From a virus, in IMG/VR virus record IMGVR_UViG_3300009034_000015, positions 1 through 64,000 of that record: 64,000 nt of DNA. The stretch is one strand, 5' to 3'. Shown here piece by piece: positions 26,291-35,322 of this stretch (position 1 is the stretch's first letter; every line of letters begins with the position of its first letter). The notes under the pieces are model-generated. The model was not told the DNA's origin, did not search any database, and saw only the letters and a program-made list of their open reading frames with translations. The position numbers and the translations under genes were made by a program.

Positions 26291-26500
26291 TTAAAATTGA
26301 TTTATAAATTCTCTAAATTCATCTATTGTATCTAAAACTTTTATTTCTTTCTTTAAAAGCATTACAATACAATATTTATCTACTCCACAAGCTTCGCTTA
26401 TTTTTATTTCACAAAATCCTATTTTTTTCTTTAAAAGCCAAAGATTATTAAAAGCTTGTTTAACTTGATCATAAGTCATATATTTTTCATTATCACTCAT
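26291..26500 (-). CDS. Hypothetical protein
   Basis: Coupled ORF. Confidence 0.55.
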   Translation of the reverse strand: MSDNEKYMTYDQVKQAFNNLWLLKKKIGFCEIKISEACGVDKYCIVMLLKKEIKVLDTIDEFREFINQF

Positions 26501-26501
26501 T

Positions 26502-26741
26502 TTAAACTTCTTTCTTTTTAGAATTAAATATCATTACTAAAAAATTATTAAGCGATTTAGCTTCGCGAACATTTAAAAATGCTACTTGATAATATTCATC
26601 CATTCTATAATTACCACCTTTATCATCTTCAAAAACATCTACACTTCTTTCTTCATCTCTTTTAAGAATTTCAACTTCATTCTCATCAGAAACAAACATA
26701 TAGTTTTTTATAACAATAGTTTTCTTTTTTATTTTACTCAT
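26502..26741 (-). CDS. Hypothetical protein
   Basis: ORF with AAGGAG RBS. Confidence 0.6.
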   Translation of the reverse strand: MSKIKKKTIVIKNYMFVSDENEVEILKRDEERSVDVFEDDKGGNYRMDEYYQVAFLNVREAKSLNNFLVMIFNSKKKEV

Positions 26742-26744
26742 TAG

Positions 26745-27086
26745 TTACTCCTTCCTTTTTTTATTAAAATTTAGATACTTTTTAAAAAAATTATAAATAA
26801 CATCATTATATTCACCATATAATAAATAAACTGATTCACAGCAGAAGAACATAAGTAAATATAATAAAATCCCTCCAATAACTAATCTAAAAAGACCATG
26901 CAGGCTTAAAAACAATTCTTTAAGTAAATTAATTTGACCAAAGAAACCAAAGATTAATAATGTAAATAACATTAATCCAGTTATACAAGATAGTAAACTT
27001 GAAATTATTCCTTCGCCAAATATTTGCATAAATATATTTGGTTTTGGTGGAGGATTAAATTTAATTTTATTTTTCTCTTTTCTCAT
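26745..27086 (-). CDS. Membrane protein (two TM segments)
   Basis: Two hydrophobic stretches. Confidence 0.65.
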   Translation of the reverse strand: MRKEKNKIKFNPPPKPNIFMQIFGEGIISSLLSCITGLMLFTLLIFGFFGQINLLKELFLSLHGLFRLVIGGILLYLLMFFCCESVYLLYGEYNDVIYNFFKKYLNFNKKRKE

Positions 27087-27087
27087 T

Positions 27088-27477
27088 TTAAACTCCTTTT
27101 AATTTAACTTCACAAGTTCCATTTTCAAAACACCTTACCCTTACTACATTATCTAAATTAAATTTATGTTTATTTGATTTATTATCAAGAATAAAATTCC
27201 ACATAGCCCACCATCGTTCTTTTTTCCAACCTAATTCCTTTCTCATCTCTTCTATAAAATCTAAGGTAATATCTCGTCCGTTCCGTCTCTTTTCTATTTC
27301 TTCAACAACATTATAAAATTGATGCCTTGTAAAACTTGTTATTTCTCTTCCTTGTTGTTTCTTAGGAACTTTATTTAAAATTTTTTTCATTAATAATGAT
27401 TTTAAAGTTCTTTCTTGCTGTTCTTGAAATATAACACCAAGAGTAGCCAAACTAACTAAAGTCTTTTCAGCATCCAT
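27088..27477 (-). CDS. Hypothetical protein
   Basis: ORF with AAGGAG RBS. Confidence 0.65.
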   Translation of the reverse strand: MDAEKTLVSLATLGVIFQEQQERTLKSLLMKKILNKVPKKQQGREITSFTRHQFYNVVEEIEKRRNGRDITLDFIEEMRKELGWKKERWWAMWNFILDNKSNKHKFNLDNVVRVRCFENGTCEVKLKGV

Positions 27478-28044
27478 TTAAACTCCTTTCTTTTCTTTAT
27501 TAAAATCATTTTCCCAATCAATTGGGATTTTAAAAGTTTTTAACTCTTTACTGTGTTTTTTCTCTATTGCCCTAATTAAATGATTAAGATACCTAACATT
27601 AAAGAAAGTTCCAAACTTTTTAACATTCTTTAGAAATACTAATGAATGGTCATCATCCCATCCTGTTAGCGAACCAATAGTATTTCTTAATGTAATAAAA
27701 CTAATCTGATCTCCATTCCCCTTAGAAGCTCCGGGATAAATTATTTTATTAATTACCCTTAGTTCAAATATACCAATAAAGTCTCTTCTTTCATCAACTT
27801 CTATTAAACACCTTTTAAATCTTAATCCTTGCCATTTTGTAATACTTTTAACCCCTGGAGTTTCTTTAAGCTTTTCTTTTAAACTTTTAAAATTCCCTTT
27901 ATATCTACAATAATAATAACTGAACGGTGGTATAAACTTTTTCTTTTTAAACCTAACTTTCTTTTCTGTAATGTTATGTTTCTTAACTTTCTTCTTTTCT
28001 TCCTCTTGGAGTAACTTACTGAGTTCCCCTTGTAATGTTCTCAT
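27478..28044 (-). CDS. Hypothetical protein
   Basis: 188-aa coupled ORF. Confidence 0.65.
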   Translation of the reverse strand: MRTLQGELSKLLQEEEKKKVKKHNITEKKVRFKKKKFIPPFSYYYCRYKGNFKSLKEKLKETPGVKSITKWQGLRFKRCLIEVDERRDFIGIFELRVINKIIYPGASKGNGDQISFITLRNTIGSLTGWDDDHSLVFLKNVKKFGTFFNVRYLNHLIRAIEKKHSKELKTFKIPIDWENDFNKEKKGV

Positions 28045-28706
28045 AATAACTCCCCTGCTCTATGTTTTGATTTTAGTTCTTTAAGTTCACGATTCACAAT
28101 TACGATAGCTGAATCTAAACTTTTTAAACCTTCTTTCTTTTTAATCGTTTTAGCTACCTCTTTTTGAAGTTTACCCTTAGCCATACCCTTAACTATAATT
28201 CTTTGCCTTTTAGTTAATTTAGGTATTATCTTTTCAATTAAATCATTTATTACTACCTTATCAATCTTTTCATCATTATCTATTAATAATTCCTCATCAG
28301 TGTCAGAAAATTCAGTTAATCTACTATTTATTCTTTTTTCTTTCTTTAAATAGACTTGAAGATAACTTCCAATATAATAACAGACAAATTTATCAACAGG
28401 CACAGCGGGAAGGGAATTATTATTATCAGGATGGAACTTTATTAGGTGAGATTGGAAAGCCCTTTCGTTTAAAGCTATTTTAGAACAGTAAGGGCAATAA
28501 AACAAAAAAGCTTTTATAGCATCTAATAAAAGTAATCTTGCTATATTTAAAACTTCTTCAAAATCAATAAAAAAATAAAATTTTTTAAAATGATTTACAG
28601 TAGCAATTAATATAGATTCTGCTTCTTTAATCACAGCATTTTGTAAATCAAGATTATTAGGGCTTAATTTATAATCTAATAGTAAAACCTTTAATTCCTT
28701 TTTCAT
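28041..28706 (-). CDS. Sigma70-like phage sigma factor with inserted C2H2 zinc finger
   Basis: Region-2-like DFEEVLNIARLLLLDAIKAF; region-4-like LTKRQRIIV...QKEVAK; CPYC-x12-H-x4-H in between. Confidence 0.65.
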   Translation of the reverse strand: MKKELKVLLLDYKLSPNNLDLQNAVIKEAESILIATVNHFKKFYFFIDFEEVLNIARLLLLDAIKAFLFYCPYCSKIALNERAFQSHLIKFHPDNNNSLPAVPVDKFVCYYIGSYLQVYLKKEKRINSRLTEFSDTDEELLIDNDEKIDKVVINDLIEKIIPKLTKRQRIIVKGMAKGKLQKEVAKTIKKKEGLKSLDSAIVIVNRELKELKSKHRAGELL

Positions 28707-28867
28707 TTTTTATAATTACTGATTAAGTTTTTTTATTATACTACTACCTATATAATAAAAAGTAAAACTTAATTAAGCTTATATAACTCAGGTTATTTAC
28801 TATTATATTTAATTAGATTTATTTAAAAAATCTTTTCTTATAAGTTTAGCTATTTTCTTTTAATAGC

Positions 28868-29815
28868 TTACAATTGCTTTACTTTATAATTTACCCTAAT
28901 CTTTTGTTCTCTAAGATTAAATATATTATGTAGGTTTCTTTTAACTATCTGTTTTCTCAATTCATCCTGATTTAAACTGCCTGGGTCTTGTTTTAATCGT
29001 AAAAAATAAATATCACTAAATAAAGCATATTTTTTAGCTTGTTTTAAAAATAACAAGCCACCTTCATCTGGATCAGGGCAATAAAAAATCTTTTTAAACT
29101 GCCTTAGAATCCTTGCTTGTTTTTTAGAAACATAATTATTAAATAAACATAAGACATTTTTAAGCCCTATTCTTTCTAATGCTAGCATATCAAATAAACC
29201 TTCAACTAAAAATAAATAATTAACATTAAAATCAATAGAATCAAACGGAAATACTATATCTTTAATATTTGAATCTTTCGGATATAAATAGCGTTTCTTA
29301 CCTTTATAAATACTTCTTGCAGCAAAAGAGACTACTTTCTGTCTAATCTCAATAGGAATGATTATTCTACCTCTATAAAAGCCAGTTCTACAATAACCTA
29401 TTTTATATTTTAAAATCTGCTCATAAGTTAATTTTCTTTCTTTAACTAAATAATCTAAGAAAACATTAGGACTTGTTTGATTTAATGATCTAAAACTAAC
29501 AGGTAAATCATTAATATTAAATATTTTAATCTTTTCAAGCTGTTCTTTTTTAGTTGGTAAATAATAAGGTAAAGTAACAATAGTTTCATCCGAATCACAA
29601 AAATCATTTATTAAAGTTTGAATGTTACCAGCAGCATGGCATCCAAAACAAAAGAAAGTTCCAAAATTATCTTTCTTAATAGAAATAGAGAAACTTGGTT
29701 TCTCCTCTTGATGATAAGGGCAAACAGCCCATAAATCATTCCCTTTTTCAATTGGGTTAATTCCAATCTTAATTAAAAAATTTATTAATTCTTGTTTATT
29801 ACTAATCCTCATCAT
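28868..29815 (-). CDS. dnaG: DNA primase
   Basis: CPYH...CFGC zinc finger, RIIIPI, TOPRIM VEGLFD and DPDEGG. Confidence 0.92.
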   Translation of the reverse strand: MMRISNKQELINFLIKIGINPIEKGNDLWAVCPYHQEEKPSFSISIKKDNFGTFFCFGCHAAGNIQTLINDFCDSDETIVTLPYYLPTKKEQLEKIKIFNINDLPVSFRSLNQTSPNVFLDYLVKERKLTYEQILKYKIGYCRTGFYRGRIIIPIEIRQKVVSFAARSIYKGKKRYLYPKDSNIKDIVFPFDSIDFNVNYLFLVEGLFDMLALERIGLKNVLCLFNNYVSKKQARILRQFKKIFYCPDPDEGGLLFLKQAKKYALFSDIYFLRLKQDPGSLNQDELRKQIVKRNLHNIFNLREQKIRVNYKVKQL

Positions 29816-31112
29816 CTTCACTTTTAGATGTAATAAGATTACCAATCTTAACCTTTGAAGAATCAAAGTTAAATTTAACTATTTTATTTGCTGCCCCTCT
29901 TCTTTGTTTCATAATAATTAATTCTAAAATATCATCTTCTATTTCAGGACAAAAATATTTTTCTCTATGCAAACCTATTATTAAATCTGCTTTTTCTTCA
30001 TAAGCTCCAGAGTTTTTTAACATCTCAAGCGTAGGTCGTTTAATAGTTTCTTTTTCTAATCCTCTTCGTATTTGAGCAGTTATTAAAACATGAGTATTTG
30101 TATCCTTAGCAATCTGTTGTAATTCTTTTAATCTATTTGAAATTGATTCTGTTTTTGCTTCTACATCTTTTAGATTTTCAAAAGCATCTAATATACAAAT
30201 ATCATAATCCTCTTTACTTAATAATAAATATAAATCATCTAAGGTTAAAAACGCTTGATCACAAGGAAAAAAATTATTAGTATCAAATATCTTCTTAATA
30301 GTATTATTTATTAAAATCTTTTCTGATTTATCTAATTCTTTAAAATTTTTAATTAAATCAAGTATTTCAATCTTAGTTAAATTAGAAACCATTAAATCTA
30401 AAAACAAAGTTACAGTATTTTCTAAGGGGCAAACTAAAACTTTATAATCATTAAAAATTAATGAGCAGACTAAATTAACAACAAAAGTAGTTTTACCCAT
30501 TGAAGGTCTACCACAAACGACTGAAATTTCTTTTCTCGCTAATCCCTCTGTTAAAAAATTATCTAAGCCAGTTAAATAAGTAGGTTTAAAAGCAGGTCGT
30601 TTAATTCGTAGTTTTAATTCATTTATATATATCTCTTTAAAATTTTGTTCTAAATCTTCCTCTGCGCTTTGTAAGGAAATATTTTTGACTCGCTCTGCTA
30701 ATGTAGCTATTTTATTTAAATTAATCTGTGGACTTGAAATACCCTGATTAAGTTTCTTTAATTCATTTTGTATTAATCTAAATTTAACCTTATCCTCTTT
30801 TAAAACTTTTATATGAAATTCAAGGTTTATATTCTTATCAAATAGTTCTTGAATTTCTCTTAGATATTTAATCCCACCATAATCTTCATTAAAAATTAAT
30901 TGGTTTAAAGTATCTTCATTATAAGCCATCTTTTTTTCAAATAATAACTTTAAACCTTTAAAAATAATTTTATGCCTATTAGCAATAAAATCAGTTTCTT
31001 TTAATTGCTTAATATAAAGTTTCCTTAATTTACCTGATTTAATTAAACCAGCAAGGATAACCTGTTCATTCTCAGTATTTACTTCAATATCTCTTTTTTC
31101 TTTCTTAGCCAT
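29802..31112 (-). CDS. dnaB: Replicative DNA helicase
   Basis: GRPSMGKT, AQIRR, LKNSGAYEEKAD, KQRRG. Confidence 0.93.
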   Translation of the reverse strand: MAKKEKRDIEVNTENEQVILAGLIKSGKLRKLYIKQLKETDFIANRHKIIFKGLKLLFEKKMAYNEDTLNQLIFNEDYGGIKYLREIQELFDKNINLEFHIKVLKEDKVKFRLIQNELKKLNQGISSPQINLNKIATLAERVKNISLQSAEEDLEQNFKEIYINELKLRIKRPAFKPTYLTGLDNFLTEGLARKEISVVCGRPSMGKTTFVVNLVCSLIFNDYKVLVCPLENTVTLFLDLMVSNLTKIEILDLIKNFKELDKSEKILINNTIKKIFDTNNFFPCDQAFLTLDDLYLLLSKEDYDICILDAFENLKDVEAKTESISNRLKELQQIAKDTNTHVLITAQIRRGLEKETIKRPTLEMLKNSGAYEEKADLIIGLHREKYFCPEIEDDILELIIMKQRRGAANKIVKFNFDSSKVKIGNLITSKSEDDED

Positions 31113-31113
31113 A

Positions 31114-32277
31114 TTAATTTGCTTTCTTTATAAAAAATGGCATTAAATAATAAGTATATTTAAAATCTCTTAATTCAGATTCTTCTTCTTTAATTTTTTC
31201 CTTTATAACTACTACATCATTAAATTCAATCATTTTAAATATAACTTTCTTTGTTTTAATTACTTTTAAAAAATCAAGTAAATACTGATTAGTAAAACTA
31301 ATTTTAAACTTTTTACCAATATATTTAATCGGCAATGATTCTAATGCGTGTTGACCCTTTTCTTCATTATGAGCACCTAAACTTAAATTATTTTTAGTTA
31401 ATTCAAAATCAATTACATGGTAAAATTTACCTAAACGCTGTAAAGCAGAAATTAATCCTTCACGATTTATTATCATTACTTTTTGATTCTCTTTATTCGT
31501 AGGAACAATCTGTTTATAATCTGGAAAATTACCTTGAATTATTTTTACAATAAATCTTATTTTTCCTATTCTAAATAAAACAGATTCATATTTTTTAAGT
31601 AAACTAATTTTAACATTTTGTTCTTGATATTTACTTAAAATCTTTTTTAAACTTAATAAATCATTAGTCGGTAATATTAAGCCCTCTTTATCATTAATTA
31701 ATTTAGAAACTTTAATATCTTTAAAACGAATTAAATTAACACGATAACCATCAGTAGCAACTAATTTTAAATTAAATTTCTTTTTATCCCAAGTAAAATA
31801 AACCCCTTGTAAATGATGCCTATTTTCATCTTTTGAAGTAGCAAAAATTGTTTTATTAATTGCTTCTAACAATAAACTACTCTTAATTTCAAATAAATCT
31901 ATTAAATCTTTTTTAATATTTATAAAAACTGGATAATCATCAGCAGATATAGTAGATACAATATAGCTCTGATTATTAGAACTTAATTCTATATAATTAT
32001 CGTCTTTTATTCTAAAATGAATTTCCTTTCCTTCAATCCCTTTAACTACATTAAATAAATCTTTATAACATAAAGTTATTTCCCCTTCTCTCATTCTTTT
32101 TTCTTTTAATACAGTTTTAAAATAAACTTCTAAATTTGTTGCATAAATTCTTAGTTTATCATTTTTAGCTTTAAATAAAATATTACCTAAAATTGGTATT
32201 GTTATATTTTTAGGTATTATTCCCTGAATCAAACTTAAACTTTCTAATAGCTCTTCTTTATTTATTATAAATTCCAT
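31114..32277 (-). CDS. dnaN: DNA polymerase III beta sliding clamp
   Basis: IPILGNI, ATNLE, ATDGYR, FPDYKQIVP, LMP. Confidence 0.94.
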   Translation of the reverse strand: MEFIINKEELLESLSLIQGIIPKNITIPILGNILFKAKNDKLRIYATNLEVYFKTVLKEKRMREGEITLCYKDLFNVVKGIEGKEIHFRIKDDNYIELSSNNQSYIVSTISADDYPVFINIKKDLIDLFEIKSSLLLEAINKTIFATSKDENRHHLQGVYFTWDKKKFNLKLVATDGYRVNLIRFKDIKVSKLINDKEGLILPTNDLLSLKKILSKYQEQNVKISLLKKYESVLFRIGKIRFIVKIIQGNFPDYKQIVPTNKENQKVMIINREGLISALQRLGKFYHVIDFELTKNNLSLGAHNEEKGQHALESLPIKYIGKKFKISFTNQYLLDFLKVIKTKKVIFKMIEFNDVVVIKEKIKEEESELRDFKYTYYLMPFFIKKAN

Positions 32278-32293
32278 TTTAGTTCTCCTTTCA

Positions 32294-32938
32294 TTATTTT
32301 ATTTTTACCCCACCATACATCTTTCTAAAAGATTTACCAGTAATTTTTATTAATACTAATTGGTCTTGAATTATATCAATTAAACCTTGCTCTAATAAAT
32401 TTACTAATCTATTTAAAGGTAATTGACTTGAAAACCCAGTCCATAGATTTTTATGATACCTATTCCTTAAAATATAATCAAATTTTAAAATAGCATCTTT
32501 TCTAACATATCTCGTTAAATCATCTATTATCAAAGCATCAAAATTTTGAAGGTTATCTTTTATTTCCTGCTCTGCCTTATTTAAATTAAAATAAGTTAAT
32601 AACTCTATTAAATGTGAGGCAGTAATAAAAAATAACTTTTTATATTTTCTTTTTGCATTATCATGCCCAACCCTGCCTTTTAAATGGGTATTATAATCAT
32701 CAAAGGTTTTTAAAATTCTTTTACCTAAAACAGTTAATAACATTGTCTTGCCAATGCCTACTGGTCCAACTAACATTATATTATTACTTTCTCTTAAATG
32801 TATTTCTAAATCAATAAGGTATTTACGGAACTTCTTAATTGATCTTTGATTATCTTCAAAATCTAAATCTTTTAATTTTACATTTTTAAATCTAATTGGT
32901 AGATTAGCATCATTAAAGTTCCAAATCATTTCTTCCAC
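32294..32938 (-). CDS. DnaC/IstB-like ATPase (helicase loader)
   Basis: LPIRF, GPVGIGKT, LIIDDL, GKSFR. Confidence 0.85.
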   Translation of the reverse strand: MEEMIWNFNDANLPIRFKNVKLKDLDFEDNQRSIKKFRKYLIDLEIHLRESNNIMLVGPVGIGKTMLLTVLGKRILKTFDDYNTHLKGRVGHDNAKRKYKKLFFITASHLIELLTYFNLNKAEQEIKDNLQNFDALIIDDLTRYVRKDAILKFDYILRNRYHKNLWTGFSSQLPLNRLVNLLEQGLIDIIQDQLVLIKITGKSFRKMYGGVKIK

Positions 32939-33333
32939 CTTTTAAAATCTGACCATAACTTCGTTTGTTCATTAATTTGATTATTAATAAACTCTTGTAA
33001 AAAAGTATTAGGCACAGTTAAAATATCCTGTAAATTTATTTCCTTACCTTTGATCTTAGCAGTTTTAATAGACCATTTAATATATTCCCTTAATATATTT
33101 TTATTATATCGTTTAATAAACCTTTTAATTTTACTATATAAAAAATACTTCTGTCTTTCATTTTTTAAAATATTTCTTATTTCAAAATCATCACAGCCAA
33201 AAACTAATTTAAATTTATCCTGATAAAAAAGAACAAAATTAAACGGTTTCCAATCTTTTATTTCTTGTAGTTTCCAAGAGCTTTCTTTAAAAGCTTGCTT
33301 AGTAGTAGTTTTAAAAAATTCATTTAACTTCAT
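32926..33333 (-). CDS. Hypothetical protein (possible replication initiator)
   Basis: Immediately upstream of the loader; function inferred from position only. Confidence 0.5.
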   Translation of the reverse strand: MKLNEFFKTTTKQAFKESSWKLQEIKDWKPFNFVLFYQDKFKLVFGCDDFEIRNILKNERQKYFLYSKIKRFIKRYNKNILREYIKWSIKTAKIKGKEINLQDILTVPNTFLQEFINNQINEQTKLWSDFKRWKK

Positions 33334-34687
33334 TTATTTGACCTGAAAAAAGTTTTTTTAATTTATTTAAATGCTCAGGAAAAATTAAATGATCCCAAAA
33401 ATAATAAACAATAGCATCTTTCTTACCTTCATAAATTCTTTTAATCCTACCAGTCTGCTGAACTATCTTTCTATCATTCATAGCAGAAGGGGTTAAAATA
33501 AATAATCTATTTAAATTTGGAATATCTAAACCTTCATCTGCTAAATTAGTTCCTATTAAACATTGAAGCTTTTTATTTCTCATTTTATCTAATATTTCTT
33601 TTCTTTCTAATTTATCAATTTCTCCTATCATCAATCCTACTTTAAATCCTTTAGAAGTTAAATAATTATAAAAGGCTTTACAATGAGCTACCCTGTCAGA
33701 TAATATAAGGCAAGAATTACTATCTTTTAATTCTTGTAATATATATTTTAATATTAATAAATTTCTATTTTTATCTTTAACTAAATTACTAATAAAATAA
33801 ACATATTCAGCTTTGTCATAATTATATTCAAAATCAGTTTTAATTAAATTAATTTCAATATTATGGATTAAGTTATTTTCCAATAAATGCTCATCTTTAA
33901 TTTCATAAAGGATTGGCCCAAAAGTATCAAACATCAAAAACTCTTTTTGATCTTTTCTTTTAGGAGTAGCGGTTAACCCTAAACGATACCTTGCAGGAAA
34001 TTGATTAATAACTAAGTGAAATACCTCGGCAGGACTATGATGACATTCGTCTAAAATTACAAATCCAAATTTATCTTTTAATTTATCTACTCTCTTTTTA
34101 ATTGTCTGTAACATTCCAATAGTTAAATTACCTATCTCAAAATAACCTGCTCCATATTTACTTACATCTTTAATTAATAACCTTTTATTTATTCTATCAA
34201 TCCATTGATACATTAAATCTTTTGTATGAACTATTACTAAAGCTGGCTGTTTAATTTCAGAAATTAATTTTAAAGCTATCTCGGTCTTGCCACTTCCACA
34301 AACTCCTACTATCAAACCCTGCTTAGCTTCAATAAAAGGATTAAGAGCAGATTGTTGATAATCCCTTAAAACAATTTTATCCTTAATATTTATTTTATTT
34401 AAAGTTAAATCTTTATACTGTAATTCATGTTCAATTTTATTTTCTAATAAAAAATCTACTAATTTATCTAAACCGCCTCTTGTTATTAATAAATCTTGTT
34501 TATTAGTATAAAATGATTTTAAATTCCTTAATACACTTTTATTCCTAAAACCAAGTTTAAGGTTTTTATAATAGGTAGGATTACGATACAGAAATAATGA
34601 CTTAATCTCACCAACTATTCTTGGATCTAACTGAGAAACATCTAAATAGATAAAATCGCTAATTCTTATTTTTACTAAGTTACTCAT
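33320..34687 (-). CDS. SF2 DExH helicase (UvsW/ResIII-like)
   Basis: LRDYQ, GSGKT, DECHH, LTATP, EGLDIP, QQTGRIKR. Confidence 0.93.
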   Translation of the reverse strand: MSNLVKIRISDFIYLDVSQLDPRIVGEIKSLFLYRNPTYYKNLKLGFRNKSVLRNLKSFYTNKQDLLITRGGLDKLVDFLLENKIEHELQYKDLTLNKINIKDKIVLRDYQQSALNPFIEAKQGLIVGVCGSGKTEIALKLISEIKQPALVIVHTKDLMYQWIDRINKRLLIKDVSKYGAGYFEIGNLTIGMLQTIKKRVDKLKDKFGFVILDECHHSPAEVFHLVINQFPARYRLGLTATPKRKDQKEFLMFDTFGPILYEIKDEHLLENNLIHNIEINLIKTDFEYNYDKAEYVYFISNLVKDKNRNLLILKYILQELKDSNSCLILSDRVAHCKAFYNYLTSKGFKVGLMIGEIDKLERKEILDKMRNKKLQCLIGTNLADEGLDIPNLNRLFILTPSAMNDRKIVQQTGRIKRIYEGKKDAIVYYFWDHLIFPEHLNKLKKLFSGQINEVK

Positions 34688-34706
34688 TATAACTACCCTA
34701 ATTATA

Positions 34707-34735
34707 ATTATAATAATAGATTAAAAAAAATTAAT
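34707..34735 (-). promoter_or_regulatory. Promoter ATTAAT-N17-TATAAT
   Basis: Exact motif heading the replication operon. Confidence 0.7.
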
Positions 34736-34741
34736 CAAAAT

Positions 34742-34770
34742 AAAAAAGGCCATTAAAAACAGCCTTTTTT
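34742..34770 (-). terminator. Intrinsic terminator
   Basis: AAAAAAGGC/GCCTTTTTT stem at the end of the structural operon. Confidence 0.7.
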
Positions 34771-34792
34771 AAAATAATAATTTTAAATATAA

Positions 34793-35197
34793 TTATTGCT
34801 TATGTGGTTTACCTCCGATCAAATGAACAAAAACTTCATGAGCAATTATTACTGATGGCCCAGTCCATAAATAGAACAAAGCTTCACTCCAGTTATTTGT
34901 AGCTATAAATTTATTTAAAAAAGCTACAACTAATCCTAACCCTAATGGAATTAAAATTCTAAATCGTTTAGGAGCTTGAGCAAATAGATTTATTCTCCAT
35001 AAAGCTGGTATCTTTAATAAGGAAATAAAACCAGTTAATAATAAAGTAACGCCTGCTAAATATAAACCATCTTCAATTGATTTAATCCCAGTTAGGATTT
35101 CATTAACTCCAGTATCTATATTCGTATTAGGAGAAGCAAATAAAGGAGTAACAAAAATAAATAGCATTAAGAATAAAGTAATTGCTTTTAATCTCAT
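34793..35197 (-). CDS. Membrane protein, holin-like
   Basis: Signal-like N-terminus plus about three TM segments; last gene of the late operon. Confidence 0.55.
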   Translation of the reverse strand: MRLKAITLFLMLFIFVTPLFASPNTNIDTGVNEILTGIKSIEDGLYLAGVTLLLTGFISLLKIPALWRINLFAQAPKRFRILIPLGLGLVVAFLNKFIATNNWSEALFYLWTGPSVIIAHEVFVHLIGGKPHKQ

Positions 35198-35322
35198 TTA
35201 TATCACCTCCTCTCTAAGCCCTCTTAATTAGTTTCTAAGAGGTTTTAATTTTAAGTTAAGGGATAACCCTATTTTATATATAAAGTCTTAACTGAGCTTA
35301 TCCTAGTAAGGATTTTAAGATA

